Positions 28,637 to 37,043 of a stretch of 64,000 bases of DNA are shown here, in pieces. Position 1 is the first letter of the stretch. Each line of letters begins with the position of its first letter. Both the position numbers and the translations under genes were made by a program. The notes under the pieces are model-generated. The model was not told where the DNA came from and did not search any database. It saw nothing but the letters and a program-made list of their open reading frames with translations. Source of the stretch: Terracidiphilus sp. (lineage in GTDB: Bacteria; Acidobacteriota; Terriglobia; Terriglobales; Acidobacteriaceae); contig DATAVC010000020.1 of assembly GCA_036267935.1 (NCBI GenBank), positions 5,608 through 69,607 on the forward strand, written 5' to 3'.

Positions 28637-29973
28637 AGGAAACGGATGGCTTGAAGAACCGACAGACATTCCGGGGCTGGTTGGTCGTCGCCCTCGCGGT
28701 GGTTGCGACGATTACGCCGGCGTGCGCGCAGGTATCGCTGGGCACCGTTGTGGATCTCGCGCAGCGCAATAGTACGGCGGTCCGGATTGCGCAAGCCGAT
28801 GTAACGAAGGCCGACGCCGCGCTTTCACAAAGTAAAGATGTGCTGATTCCTTCCCTGCTGTTCGGCACGGGATTGCCGGTTTTTCCTGAGACGGGTTTCA
28901 CGGGCTCGCCGCCCTCGATCTGGACTGCGACGGTCGAGTCGCTTGTCTTCAGCATCCCGCAGAAGCACTACATCGACGCGGCGCGGCTGGGCCTGCAAGC
29001 GGCCACGTCGAGCCTCAAGGATGCGCGCGAGCAGGTAGTGCTGGAGGCATCGACAGCCTACATCGAGCTGGATACCGTGAACCGTGAGCTGGACGAAGCG
29101 CGGCGCGAAGAGGGATTTACGGCGCGCCTGGTTGCGATTGAACAAGACCGCGCGGAGGCCGGCGTGGATCCGACGAACGATCTGCTCGAAGCGCGTTTGA
29201 CCGCAGCTGAGGTGAAGCTGAAACGCGAGCATCTGGAGACGCGTGCGGGCACACTGAGCAAACGGCTGGCAACGCTGACGGGGCTTCCTTTGGGCTCGAT
29301 TGCGCCTGATCGCGCCAGCATTCCAGAGATTCCCCAGGTGAACGGGGATGCGATTTCGAAGGACCTGGCGGGGATTGAGGCGGCAAAGTTTCAGGCACGG
29401 TCGAAGGCCCAGGTCGCGAAGGGCGATGACGGCATCAACTACTACCCGCAGATGAGTTTTGTGGCGCAGTACAACCGCAACACGACGATTCTGAATGACG
29501 TGAACAACTTCTTCGCTCATCCATTGCCGGCCAACAATTTTGCGTCGGGAATCCAGGTGGAGATTCCTATTTTCAACATGGGACATCGGGCGAAAGCGCG
29601 TGAGTCGGCCGCTGAAGCTTTGCGGGCAACGGTAGAGACGGAGCAGGCGGAGCGGCAGAACGAAGTTCAGATTGCGGAGCTGACTGGAAGCCTGCGGGAA
29701 CTGGACACGCTGGCTGAAATTGCGAGTCTAAAACAACAGATCGCCGATGAGAGGCTGAAGAGCGTCGTGGTTCAGCTTGACCTGGGCGATGGGAATTCGG
29801 GACCTGGAGCGACGCCGCAACTGACGCCCAAAGCGGAGCAATTGGCGCGGATTGAGCAGAGCCAGAGGCACACGGAATCGCTGGATGCAGGATTTGAACT
29901 GGCGAAGGCGCGGCTGGGCCTGCTGCGCGCCCTGGGACACATGGAAGACTGGTTACACGAATTGCACCCCTAA
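28633..29973 (+). CDS. TolC-family outer-membrane efflux protein
   Basis: TTG start overlaps the TPR stop. Signal peptide ends 'TPACAQ'. Two repeated OEP-type helical halves ('AQADVTKADAAL', 'LEARLTAAEVKLKREHLE', 'AEALRATVETEQAERQ'). Confidence 0.85.
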   Translation: MKETDGLKNRQTFRGWLVVALAVVATITPACAQVSLGTVVDLAQRNSTAVRIAQADVTKADAALSQSKDVLIPSLLFGTGLPVFPETGFTGSPPSIWTATVESLVFSIPQKHYIDAARLGLQAATSSLKDAREQVVLEASTAYIELDTVNRELDEARREEGFTARLVAIEQDRAEAGVDPTNDLLEARLTAAEVKLKREHLETRAGTLSKRLATLTGLPLGSIAPDRASIPEIPQVNGDAISKDLAGIEAAKFQARSKAQVAKGDDGINYYPQMSFVAQYNRNTTILNDVNNFFAHPLPANNFASGIQVEIPIFNMGHRAKARESAAEALRATVETEQAERQNEVQIAELTGSLRELDTLAEIASLKQQIADERLKSVVVQLDLGDGNSGPGATPQLTPKAEQLARIEQSQRHTESLDAGFELAKARLGLLRALGHMEDWLHELHP

Positions 29974-30030
29974 GCGAAGCGCAACCCCTTTAGACGTGCG
30001 CAAAGTTGGCTCGATGGTAAACTTGAAGGG

Positions 30031-31509
30031 ATGTCTATGCCACTGAAAACACTGTTTCTGAACCCTCCCTCGTTTGAGGGTTTTGACGGCGGAGCAGGAT
30101 CCCGTTGGCCTGCCACCCGCGAGGTTGAATCCTACTGGTACCCCGTGTGGCTCACGTATCCGGCGGGGCTGCTGGAGGGCTCTCGACTGCTCGACGCACC
30201 GCCGCATCACGTTTCGGCCGAAGAGACGATCAAGATCGCGAAGGACTACGAGTTGCTCGTGCTCTTTACGTCGACCATTGGTTGGGAAGGCGATCAACGT
30301 CTGGCGCGAGCGATCAAGAACGCGAATCCCACTATTCGGATTGCGTTTGTTGGACCGCCGGTGACGACGAGCCCCGATCGCGCGTTGAACGAGTGCGAAG
30401 TGCTGGACTTTATCTGCCGCCGCGAATTCGACTACTCGATTGTGGAGTATGCGAACGGCAAGCCGCTGAACGAAATTCTTGGCATCAGCTACAAGCAGGA
30501 TGGCAAGGTCGTTCACAATCCCGATCGCCCGCAAGTGGAAGATCTGGACGCGATGCCGTGGGCCACGAAGGTCTACAAGAAGGACCTGGACGTCACCAAG
30601 TACAACGTGCCGTTCCTGCTGCATCCGTTCATCGCGCTGTACTCAACGCGCGGATGCCCGGCGCAGTGCACCTTCTGCCTGTGGCCACAAACGCTGAGCG
30701 GACATGCATGGCGCAAGCGCTCGAGCGACGATGTGGCCGCCGAGATGGCTTGGGCGAAAAAAGCCTTCCCGCAGGTGAAAGAATTCTTCTTCGACGACGA
30801 TACGTTCAATATCCAGAAGCAGCGCACCATCGAGCTTTGCGCAAAGCTGAAGCCGCTGGGCCTGACGTGGAGCTGCACGTCGCGCGTAACGACCGACCAC
30901 GACACGCTGAAGGCGATGAAGGAAGCCGGCTGCCGGCTGCTGATCGTCGGCTTCGAGTCGGGTGATCCGCAGATCTTGAAGAACATCAAGAAGGGCGCCA
31001 CAGTCGAACGCGCGCGCGCCTTCGCGAAGGACTGCCACGATCTTGGCCTGGTGATTCACGGCGACTTCATTCTGGGCCTGCCGGGCGAGACCAAGGAATC
31101 GATCAACAACACGATCAAGTTCGCCAAGTCGCTGGATGTCGAGACGATCCAGGTTTCGATTGCGCATGCGTATCCGGGCACGGAGTTCTACGAGTACGCC
31201 AAGGCGGGTGGTTTTATCACCAACGAAAAGATGGAAGACGGCGGCGGACACCAGATGGCGCACATCGAGTATCCCGGCCTGCCGACCGACTACGTCATGG
31301 AGATGGTGCACCGGTTCTACGACGAGTACTATTTCAGGCCGAAGGCTGCAGCACGCGTGATCTGGAAGGCCATCGTGAATCGCGATGTGCCCCGTCTCTA
31401 TACCGAAGCCAAGTCGTTTATGAAGCTGCGCGCGCAACGCAACAGGATGGTGAAGGAAGCGCGCAGCCGCCAGGTTGAACCGACAACGCCGGTGGGTGCA
31501 GGCGTCTAG
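30031..31509 (+). CDS. hpnJ: hopanoid-biosynthesis-associated B12-binding radical SAM protein
   Basis: 'LKTLFLNPPSFEGFDGGAGSRWPATRE..SYWYPVWL' is the characteristic HpnJ N-terminus. The radical-SAM cluster is 'CPAQCTFC'. Confidence 0.85.
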   Translation: MSMPLKTLFLNPPSFEGFDGGAGSRWPATREVESYWYPVWLTYPAGLLEGSRLLDAPPHHVSAEETIKIAKDYELLVLFTSTIGWEGDQRLARAIKNANPTIRIAFVGPPVTTSPDRALNECEVLDFICRREFDYSIVEYANGKPLNEILGISYKQDGKVVHNPDRPQVEDLDAMPWATKVYKKDLDVTKYNVPFLLHPFIALYSTRGCPAQCTFCLWPQTLSGHAWRKRSSDDVAAEMAWAKKAFPQVKEFFFDDDTFNIQKQRTIELCAKLKPLGLTWSCTSRVTTDHDTLKAMKEAGCRLLIVGFESGDPQILKNIKKGATVERARAFAKDCHDLGLVIHGDFILGLPGETKESINNTIKFAKSLDVETIQVSIAHAYPGTEFYEYAKAGGFITNEKMEDGGGHQMAHIEYPGLPTDYVMEMVHRFYDEYYFRPKAAARVIWKAIVNRDVPRLYTEAKSFMKLRAQRNRMVKEARSRQVEPTTPVGAGV

Positions 31510-31531
31510 ACACAGTCGAGGTTCACACTTT

Positions 31532-31573
31532 GAAGAAGGGCGGCGCTCAAACCGAGTCCGCCCTTCTTTTTTC
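31532..31573 (+). terminator. rho-independent terminator after hpnJ
   Basis: AAGAAGGGCGG-(14 nt)-CCGCCCTTCTT followed by TTTT. Confidence 0.75.
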
Positions 31574-31594
31574 GCATCTGAAAGAAAAGCGTTC

Positions 31595-32044
31595 ATGGCC
31601 CATCCCACCCTCAATGCACGACAATACCTGACTCTCGGTTCCGTCGGACTTTGCGCACCGCTGGGGGACACGTGCCTGTCGCGCGGAATGACCCAGGTGG
31701 GGCCCATTTCGCTCCATCATCCGGCAACGCTTGTGGCCGCGGTTTTTACACCGTGGATTGCCGCGGGGATTGCGCTGCTGATTGGATTCTTCGCCAGCTA
31801 TCTGACGGCGCTGTCGTGGGCCGATTTGACCTTTGTGCTTCCTACGACCGCATTTGGCAATGTCATCGTGGCGCTGCTGGCGCATTTCTGGCTGCATGAA
31901 CCAATTTCGCCGCAGCGGTGGGCGGGCATTGTGCTGATCACGCTGGGCGTGGGGTTTGTCGCGAAGGGGCCGTCTCTGACGGAACGGCCTGCGGGAAGCG
32001 AAGATGTGGAGCGTATCCCGGTTGCTGAAGAGAGGGCACGATGA
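31595..32044 (+). CDS. half-size DMT/EamA-like membrane protein (4 TM), subunit A
   Basis: 149 aa. Hydrophobic segments plus EamA-type C-terminal 'EPISPQRWAGIVLITLGVGFV'. Stop overlaps the next start (ATGA). Confidence 0.7.
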   Translation: MAHPTLNARQYLTLGSVGLCAPLGDTCLSRGMTQVGPISLHHPATLVAAVFTPWIAAGIALLIGFFASYLTALSWADLTFVLPTTAFGNVIVALLAHFWLHEPISPQRWAGIVLITLGVGFVAKGPSLTERPAGSEDVERIPVAEERAR

Positions 32045-32442
32045 TCGTTCCCTTCGCGACTCCGGGATTCTGGCCTGCGGCGGGCATGATTGCCGCGGTG
32101 GTCGTGAGCTCAACCGCGGGTGAGGTATTGACCGCTGCCGCGATGAAGTCCATCGGAGATCTGGACGAGATTCGTGCCGTGTCGGGTCTGGGTGGTGCGA
32201 TACGAGCGGTGGTTACCTGTCCACTCTTCTTCGCGGGCATCGGGTTCCTGACCCTGGCCTTTTTCTCGCTGCTGTTTGCGCTGAATCATCTGGATCTTAG
32301 CCTGGTGGCGCCGGCGTCAGCCTCTCTCACGCTGGTGACCAATGCGGTTGCGGGAAAGGTCTTCCTGAAAGAGAATGTGGATCGGCGACGGTGGACTGCG
32401 GCTGTGCTGGTCTGCATAGGCGTGTATCTGCTGGCGCATTGA
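32041..32442 (+). CDS. half-size DMT/EamA-like membrane protein (4 TM), subunit B
   Basis: 133 aa. 'KENVDRRRWTAAVLVCIGVYLL' is an EamA-type C-terminal helix. Translationally coupled to subunit A. Confidence 0.7.
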   Translation: MIVPFATPGFWPAAGMIAAVVVSSTAGEVLTAAAMKSIGDLDEIRAVSGLGGAIRAVVTCPLFFAGIGFLTLAFFSLLFALNHLDLSLVAPASASLTLVTNAVAGKVFLKENVDRRRWTAAVLVCIGVYLLAH

Positions 32443-32484
32443 GGGCCCAGCTAACGCGCATAAGAGCGTGAGAGTGACGCCTCG

Positions 32485-33921
32485 CTAGAACTTGCGGAAG
32501 AGGCGCATCAAGCCTTTCGGCTTCAGGTCAGGAACAAGGAATTTTCGCGGCTCGCCTGCGGCCCTGGTGAGCGCCTCTGCGGCAAGATGACCGGAGCGCA
32601 CCCCGCTTTCCATTGTCGACGGCCAGCCTGTGGCGACCCAATCGCCGGCGAGAAAGCAGTTCGGCCATGCGGAGACTGGAGAAGGACGGGCACTGTCGAT
32701 GCCGGGCGGGACGCCAAACGTGGCGTGCACCTCTTTGGTGAGAACGGCTTTCTCGAGCTTGGCCGAAGCAACCGCCGGGAAGAACTCCTTGAGTTCGCGC
32801 AAGGCCTGATCGATCGCCTGCTGCCGCGCGAGTGCAGCGAACGATCGCGACGCACTGACGACGAGTTCAAGATAGCTGCCGGTTCCCTGTCGGTGCGGCT
32901 GCAATCGACTCTTGTTGTACATCCAATGAATCTCACGATCGAGAAGCACGGCATGCTCGAGATCGGTAATCTCGCGGTCGAACCAGAGATGAACGCTGCA
33001 GATGGGCCAATGGCGATGGCGGCTGATTTGTTCCGCGAGCGCGGAGACGCCGGGTGCGGGCGGCATGGCAGGAATCAATTTCGCGGTTGCTTCAAATGGC
33101 AGCGCCAGCACAAGGAAATCGGCGTGAATCGTTCCCGCACGCGTGGACACATTCCATTGCGAAGCTTCCGCATCCCAGGCCGCGGAATCGACCCCGGCAT
33201 GGAGGACCACCGCGCTCCCGCGCGACTCGAGAAAGCGGGCCGCTCCGCTGTAGAGGTCGCTGAGCGGCACGGAGCTCATGCCCATGCTGCCTGCTTCCGC
33301 GGAGTTCATGAAGAGCTCGCGAATAACCTTGACCGCATAGGGGAGAGAGATGCAATCGAGATCGGCATTCAAGGCGCTGGCAAGCACCAGGCGCCAGAAG
33401 CGGTCGATTGCGCCGCTAGTCTGGCCGTTCCGCTGCAGCCAGTCACTAAGTGTCTCGGTTGAATCGCGGGGGACCGGGCGGAGCAACAACTGCCCGAAGG
33501 CGTGCGCGAGGGCCAGCTTGTCGGCTCGCGAGAAGGCCTGCGCTGCCAGCAGCTTTGGCAGACCGTGGAGAGGCGCGGGCAGCGAAGAAGGACCGAGGAT
33601 GGTCCTGCGGCCACCGGGCTCGATCATGGTCATCTCGCGCGTCCAATGAATCTTGTCGTATACGCCGATGCGCTGGTAGAAGCCGACAAGGTTGGTGCAA
33701 CAACCGAACAAGACGTGCTGGCAGTTGTCGATAACCTCGTTGACGCCGGGATGCAGGTACGAAGACGTGCGACCGCCGAGATAGCCGCGCTGCTCGACCA
33801 GTTGGACGCGCAATCTGGCATCGGCCAAGGCGCACGCGGCGCTCATGCCGGCGACTCCGCCGCCTACGACGATCACGGATTGATTCAGACCTTGCGACAA
33901 CGATTCGTACCCTCTCTCCAT
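32485..33921 (-). CDS. hpnE: hydroxysqualene dehydroxylase (FAD-dependent amine-oxidase family)
   Basis: 'VIVVGGGVAGMSAACALADARLRVQLVEQRGYLGGR'. Position is immediately after hpnC-hpnD. Confidence 0.85.
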   Translation of the reverse strand: MERGYESLSQGLNQSVIVVGGGVAGMSAACALADARLRVQLVEQRGYLGGRTSSYLHPGVNEVIDNCQHVLFGCCTNLVGFYQRIGVYDKIHWTREMTMIEPGGRRTILGPSSLPAPLHGLPKLLAAQAFSRADKLALAHAFGQLLLRPVPRDSTETLSDWLQRNGQTSGAIDRFWRLVLASALNADLDCISLPYAVKVIRELFMNSAEAGSMGMSSVPLSDLYSGAARFLESRGSAVVLHAGVDSAAWDAEASQWNVSTRAGTIHADFLVLALPFEATAKLIPAMPPAPGVSALAEQISRHRHWPICSVHLWFDREITDLEHAVLLDREIHWMYNKSRLQPHRQGTGSYLELVVSASRSFAALARQQAIDQALRELKEFFPAVASAKLEKAVLTKEVHATFGVPPGIDSARPSPVSAWPNCFLAGDWVATGWPSTMESGVRSGHLAAEALTRAAGEPRKFLVPDLKPKGLMRLFRKF

Positions 33922-33927
33922 TGGACG

Positions 33928-34836
33928 TTATCCAGCGGCTCTGGCGAGAACCACCCGCATCATTCCCCAACCGAGAATGGCAAGTTTCTGGGCCAGGGGA
34001 ACACTGGCACGCTGCGAGAAAACATCGTAGTCGGCATGTTCGATCTTCTTGAGCAGCGCGTGGTAGATGGAGACGAGCACCCAGAGCGCAGGACGGCTCT
34101 CTCGATGAATCAAGGGCAAGAGCTCTTGCGCCGACTGATAAAACTTCTCGGCACGTTCGCCGATGTCCTTCAGGAGTGCGCGTTCGTGTGCGGAGGGTGC
34201 GGTGCCGAGGCGCCGGTGCAGAAAGGGTTCAAGCGGAACCTCGTGTGCTGCGAGGTCTTCAAGCGGAAGATAGACGCGGTTGCGCGCAGCATCTTCTTGC
34301 ACATCGCGCAAGATGTTGGTGAGTTGGAACGCGACGCCGGTTTCTTCGGCAAGTTTTTCGGCGCGCGGATCGGTGTAGCCGAAGATACGAATACAGACCA
34401 GGCCCACGACAGCGGCAACGAGATAGCAGTAGCGGTAGAGATCGTCGAACGTGGCGTAGGTGTCAGGCGTAGAGCCTGCTTCAACTTTCAAATCCATCGT
34501 GGTGCCGGCGACGAGTTCGTCGAGCAACGTGAGCGGAATATTGAAGCGCTGGATGGCGTCGCCGACGGCGATGAAGACCGGGTCAGCGGTGGCGGCTCCT
34601 CGACTGGCCTCGTGCCATGCCGCGAGCCACGTATCAAGATTCTGACGCCGCTCGTGATGGGGAACGGATTCGTCGTCGCTCAGGTCGTCAGCTTTGCGCA
34701 TGAAGGCATAGATCGCGCAGATGGCGTTCTGGCGTGCAGGAGGAAGGGCAAGAAAGGCGTAGTAGAAATTCTTGGCTTCTCTTTTGGCGATTGCCCTGCA
34801 GATTGCGTAGGAAGAATCGAGTGTTGGTCCCTGCAC
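33928..34836 (-). CDS. hpnD: presqualene diphosphate synthase
   Basis: Squalene/phytoene synthase fold. 'KNFYYAFLALPPARQNAICAIYAFMRKADDLSDD' and 'NILRDVQEDAARNRVYLP'. Confidence 0.85.
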   Translation of the reverse strand: MQGPTLDSSYAICRAIAKREAKNFYYAFLALPPARQNAICAIYAFMRKADDLSDDESVPHHERRQNLDTWLAAWHEASRGAATADPVFIAVGDAIQRFNIPLTLLDELVAGTTMDLKVEAGSTPDTYATFDDLYRYCYLVAAVVGLVCIRIFGYTDPRAEKLAEETGVAFQLTNILRDVQEDAARNRVYLPLEDLAAHEVPLEPFLHRRLGTAPSAHERALLKDIGERAEKFYQSAQELLPLIHRESRPALWVLVSIYHALLKKIEHADYDVFSQRASVPLAQKLAILGWGMMRVVLARAAG

Positions 34837-34849
34837 CAGCTGCCTGCCT

Positions 34850-35815
34850 TTAACGCGGACCCAGGCGCAGGAAGGGCAGAAACTTGCCGCTCACCGCGCG
34901 CAGAGCCAATGCGAGCTTGGTGCGTTTTGAGATGGAAGGCCGGGCGGAGAGAACATCGTAGTCGCGCCGTTCGATGGCCCGTAGAATTTCGAGGCCTCCG
35001 CGACTGAAGAGATCGAGGTCAACGGCCAGGTCACGGCCGACCCTGCCCACCAGCGGCAGCCCCTCTTCAAAGAGACGGCGCGCAAAATCAACTTCGTAGT
35101 CGAGCAGGGCACGAAATTCAGGGGTCGCAATTCCCTTCGCGATCGTCTCTTCGCTCACGCCAAAGCGCTGCATGTCTTCTTGCGGAAGGTAAACGCGCCC
35201 CTTCTTCCAATCGTCGCGCACGTCCTGCCAGAAGTTAGCCAACTGAAGTGCGGAGCACGTGGCGTCGGAGAGCCTGAAGCACTCTTCATCGGCGTAGCCG
35301 CAGGTGTAGAGGACGAGACGGCCCACAGGGTTGGCGGAGTAACGGCAATATCCCAACACGTCTTCCATGGTGCGATAGCGCGTCACGGTCTGGTCCTGGC
35401 GGAAAGCGGTCAGCAGATCCGCAAAGGGCTCTTTCGGGATGGAGCAGACACGAATTGTTTCGGCCAGCGCAACAAAGACGGGATGACGGGCGCGTCCTTC
35501 ATAACAAGCGTCCAGTTCCCTGTTCCACAGATCGAGCAGCGCCAGGGCCGCGGCGGTGTCCCCAACCTCGTCGCCGAGATCGTCGGACATACGGCAATAC
35601 GCATAGATCGCGTGGAAATGGGGTTGGAGGGCCTTGGGCAAGAACCAGGTCGCCACATGAAAGTTTTCGTAGTGCGATTCAGCGAGCTGCTTGCACCACG
35701 CCCGCGCTTCTGCAAGCGTGGGCACAACGGCGGGCATGCGGTACGACGCGGGGAGCGCAGCCCAGCCGCGCTTGAGAAGGGCCTCATTGTCTGGTTGCAA
35801 AATTGCCGCAGTCAT
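34850..35815 (-). CDS. hpnC: hydroxysqualene synthase
   Basis: 'HYENFHVATWFLPKAL', 'YAYCRMSDDLGDE' and 'NFWQDVRDDWKKGRVYLP'. First gene of the C-D-E triplet. Confidence 0.85.
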   Translation of the reverse strand: MTAAILQPDNEALLKRGWAALPASYRMPAVVPTLAEARAWCKQLAESHYENFHVATWFLPKALQPHFHAIYAYCRMSDDLGDEVGDTAAALALLDLWNRELDACYEGRARHPVFVALAETIRVCSIPKEPFADLLTAFRQDQTVTRYRTMEDVLGYCRYSANPVGRLVLYTCGYADEECFRLSDATCSALQLANFWQDVRDDWKKGRVYLPQEDMQRFGVSEETIAKGIATPEFRALLDYEVDFARRLFEEGLPLVGRVGRDLAVDLDLFSRGGLEILRAIERRDYDVLSARPSISKRTKLALALRAVSGKFLPFLRLGPR

Positions 35816-35825
35816 TCAGCGCACC

Positions 35826-37034
35826 TCAAGGAACGATCGCGGTCTTGATCTCGCTGCTGCGTTTCATCAGCTTCTCAAACACGCGATTCAGTTCGTAGAG
35901 ATGAGCCCGGCCGGTGATGAAGGCCTTGGCCTGGAAGCGATCGCTCGCGATGAGGGCGAGCGCCTTGCGGCAGATGGACGGCGTGTGATGGAACGTGGCA
36001 CGCAGAGTGATGTCGCTGTAGTGGATGCGGTTGGTATCGAGGTTGACATGGGTGCCGACCGCACAGCCGCCAAAGAAATTGACGGTGCCGCCTTTGCGCA
36101 CCATCTCGACCGCTTCTTCCCACGCATCGGGAACGCCGACGGCTTCGATCGCGATATCGACGCCGCGACCGTTGGGCGTAAGGGCGCGGGTATCGCGAAT
36201 CGCCTTCCGAATGGAGCTGGTCTGCACCACGTGCGCCGCACCGAGTTGCTTGGCGGCCTCTGCCTGACCTTCGTGCTTGACTACAGCGATGGTCTCGCAG
36301 CCCGCAAGAGCTGCGACGTGGAGAATCATGAGACCCAGCGGGCCGCCGCCAATGATAGCGACCACGTCGCCGGGGCGCGGGTTGGAGTCTTCGAATCCGT
36401 GAACAGCGCAAGCAAGAGGCTCGGTCAGCGCGGCATGCTCGAGAGGAACGTGATCGGGAACATGGAGGGTATTCTTGGCGACGATGCGTTCGGGAATGCG
36501 AATGTATTCCGCATAGGCGCCGTTGTTGAAGAGCAGATCGTCGCAGAGATTTTCCTGGCCGCGTTCACAGAAGTAGCAAGCGCCGCAGGGCGCGGAGTTG
36601 AGTGCAACGACGCGGTTGCCCGTCGTGAATTCGGCTACACCTTCTCCGGCCTCGACAACCGTACCGGCAAGTTCGTGGCCGAAGAGGGCGGGAGGCACGA
36701 TCATCCGCGCGTGATAGCCGCGGCGAAAGACCTTGAGGTCGGTGCCGCAGGTGAGGGCGGCTCCCACTTGCACGATGATTTCACCGCGGGCCGCCTGAGG
36801 AACGGGCACGCTCTCGATACGAATATCTTCGCGTCCGTGCAGGACCGCGGCGCGCATGGTGGCACGGCCATGTTCGATTGCGGTTTCGACGGTGGCGCGG
36901 CCATGGTAGATAGCGGAGTCAACGGTGGCGCGCCCATGCACGATTGCAGTTTCGACGGTGGCGCGGCCATGCTCGATCGCAGTTTCAACTGTCTCGCGGC
37001 CACGCTTGATGACGTCTTTCACTGTACCTGCCAT
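35826..37034 (-). CDS. Zn-dependent MDR alcohol/polyol dehydrogenase with an N-terminal 11-aa tandem-repeat extension
   Basis: 'CGTDLKVF', 'GHELAGTVVEAGEGV', structural-Zn 'CGACYFCERGQENLC' and 'IIGGGPLGL'. The canonical N-terminus 'MRAAVLHGREDIRIE' begins at the internal ATG 36857. The ORF continues in frame to the ATG at 37034 through the repeats. Confidence 0.8.
   Translation of the reverse strand: MAGTVKDVIKRGRETVETAIEHGRATVETAIVHGRATVDSAIYHGRATVETAIEHGRATMRAAVLHGREDIRIESVPVPQAARGEIIVQVGAALTCGTDLKVFRRGYHARMIVPPALFGHELAGTVVEAGEGVAEFTTGNRVVALNSAPCGACYFCERGQENLCDDLLFNNGAYAEYIRIPERIVAKNTLHVPDHVPLEHAALTEPLACAVHGFEDSNPRPGDVVAIIGGGPLGLMILHVAALAGCETIAVVKHEGQAEAAKQLGAAHVVQTSSIRKAIRDTRALTPNGRGVDIAIEAVGVPDAWEEAVEMVRKGGTVNFFGGCAVGTHVNLDTNRIHYSDITLRATFHHTPSICRKALALIASDRFQAKAFITGRAHLYELNRVFEKLMKRSSEIKTAIVP
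36858..37022 (-). repeat. five 33-bp tandem repeats (encode VETAIEHGRAT-type 11-mers)
   Basis: Minus-strand units: gtgaaagacgtcatcaagcgtggccgcgagaca / gttgaaactgcgatcgagcatggccgcgccacc / gtcgaaactgcaatcgtgcatgggcgcgccacc / gttgactccgctatctaccatggccgcgccacc / gtcgaaaccgcaatcgaacatggccgtgccacc. The next 33 nt ('atgcgcgccgcggtcctgcacggacgcgaagat') are a diverged sixth unit. Confidence 0.9.
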
Positions 37035-37043
37035 TCAAAAACC

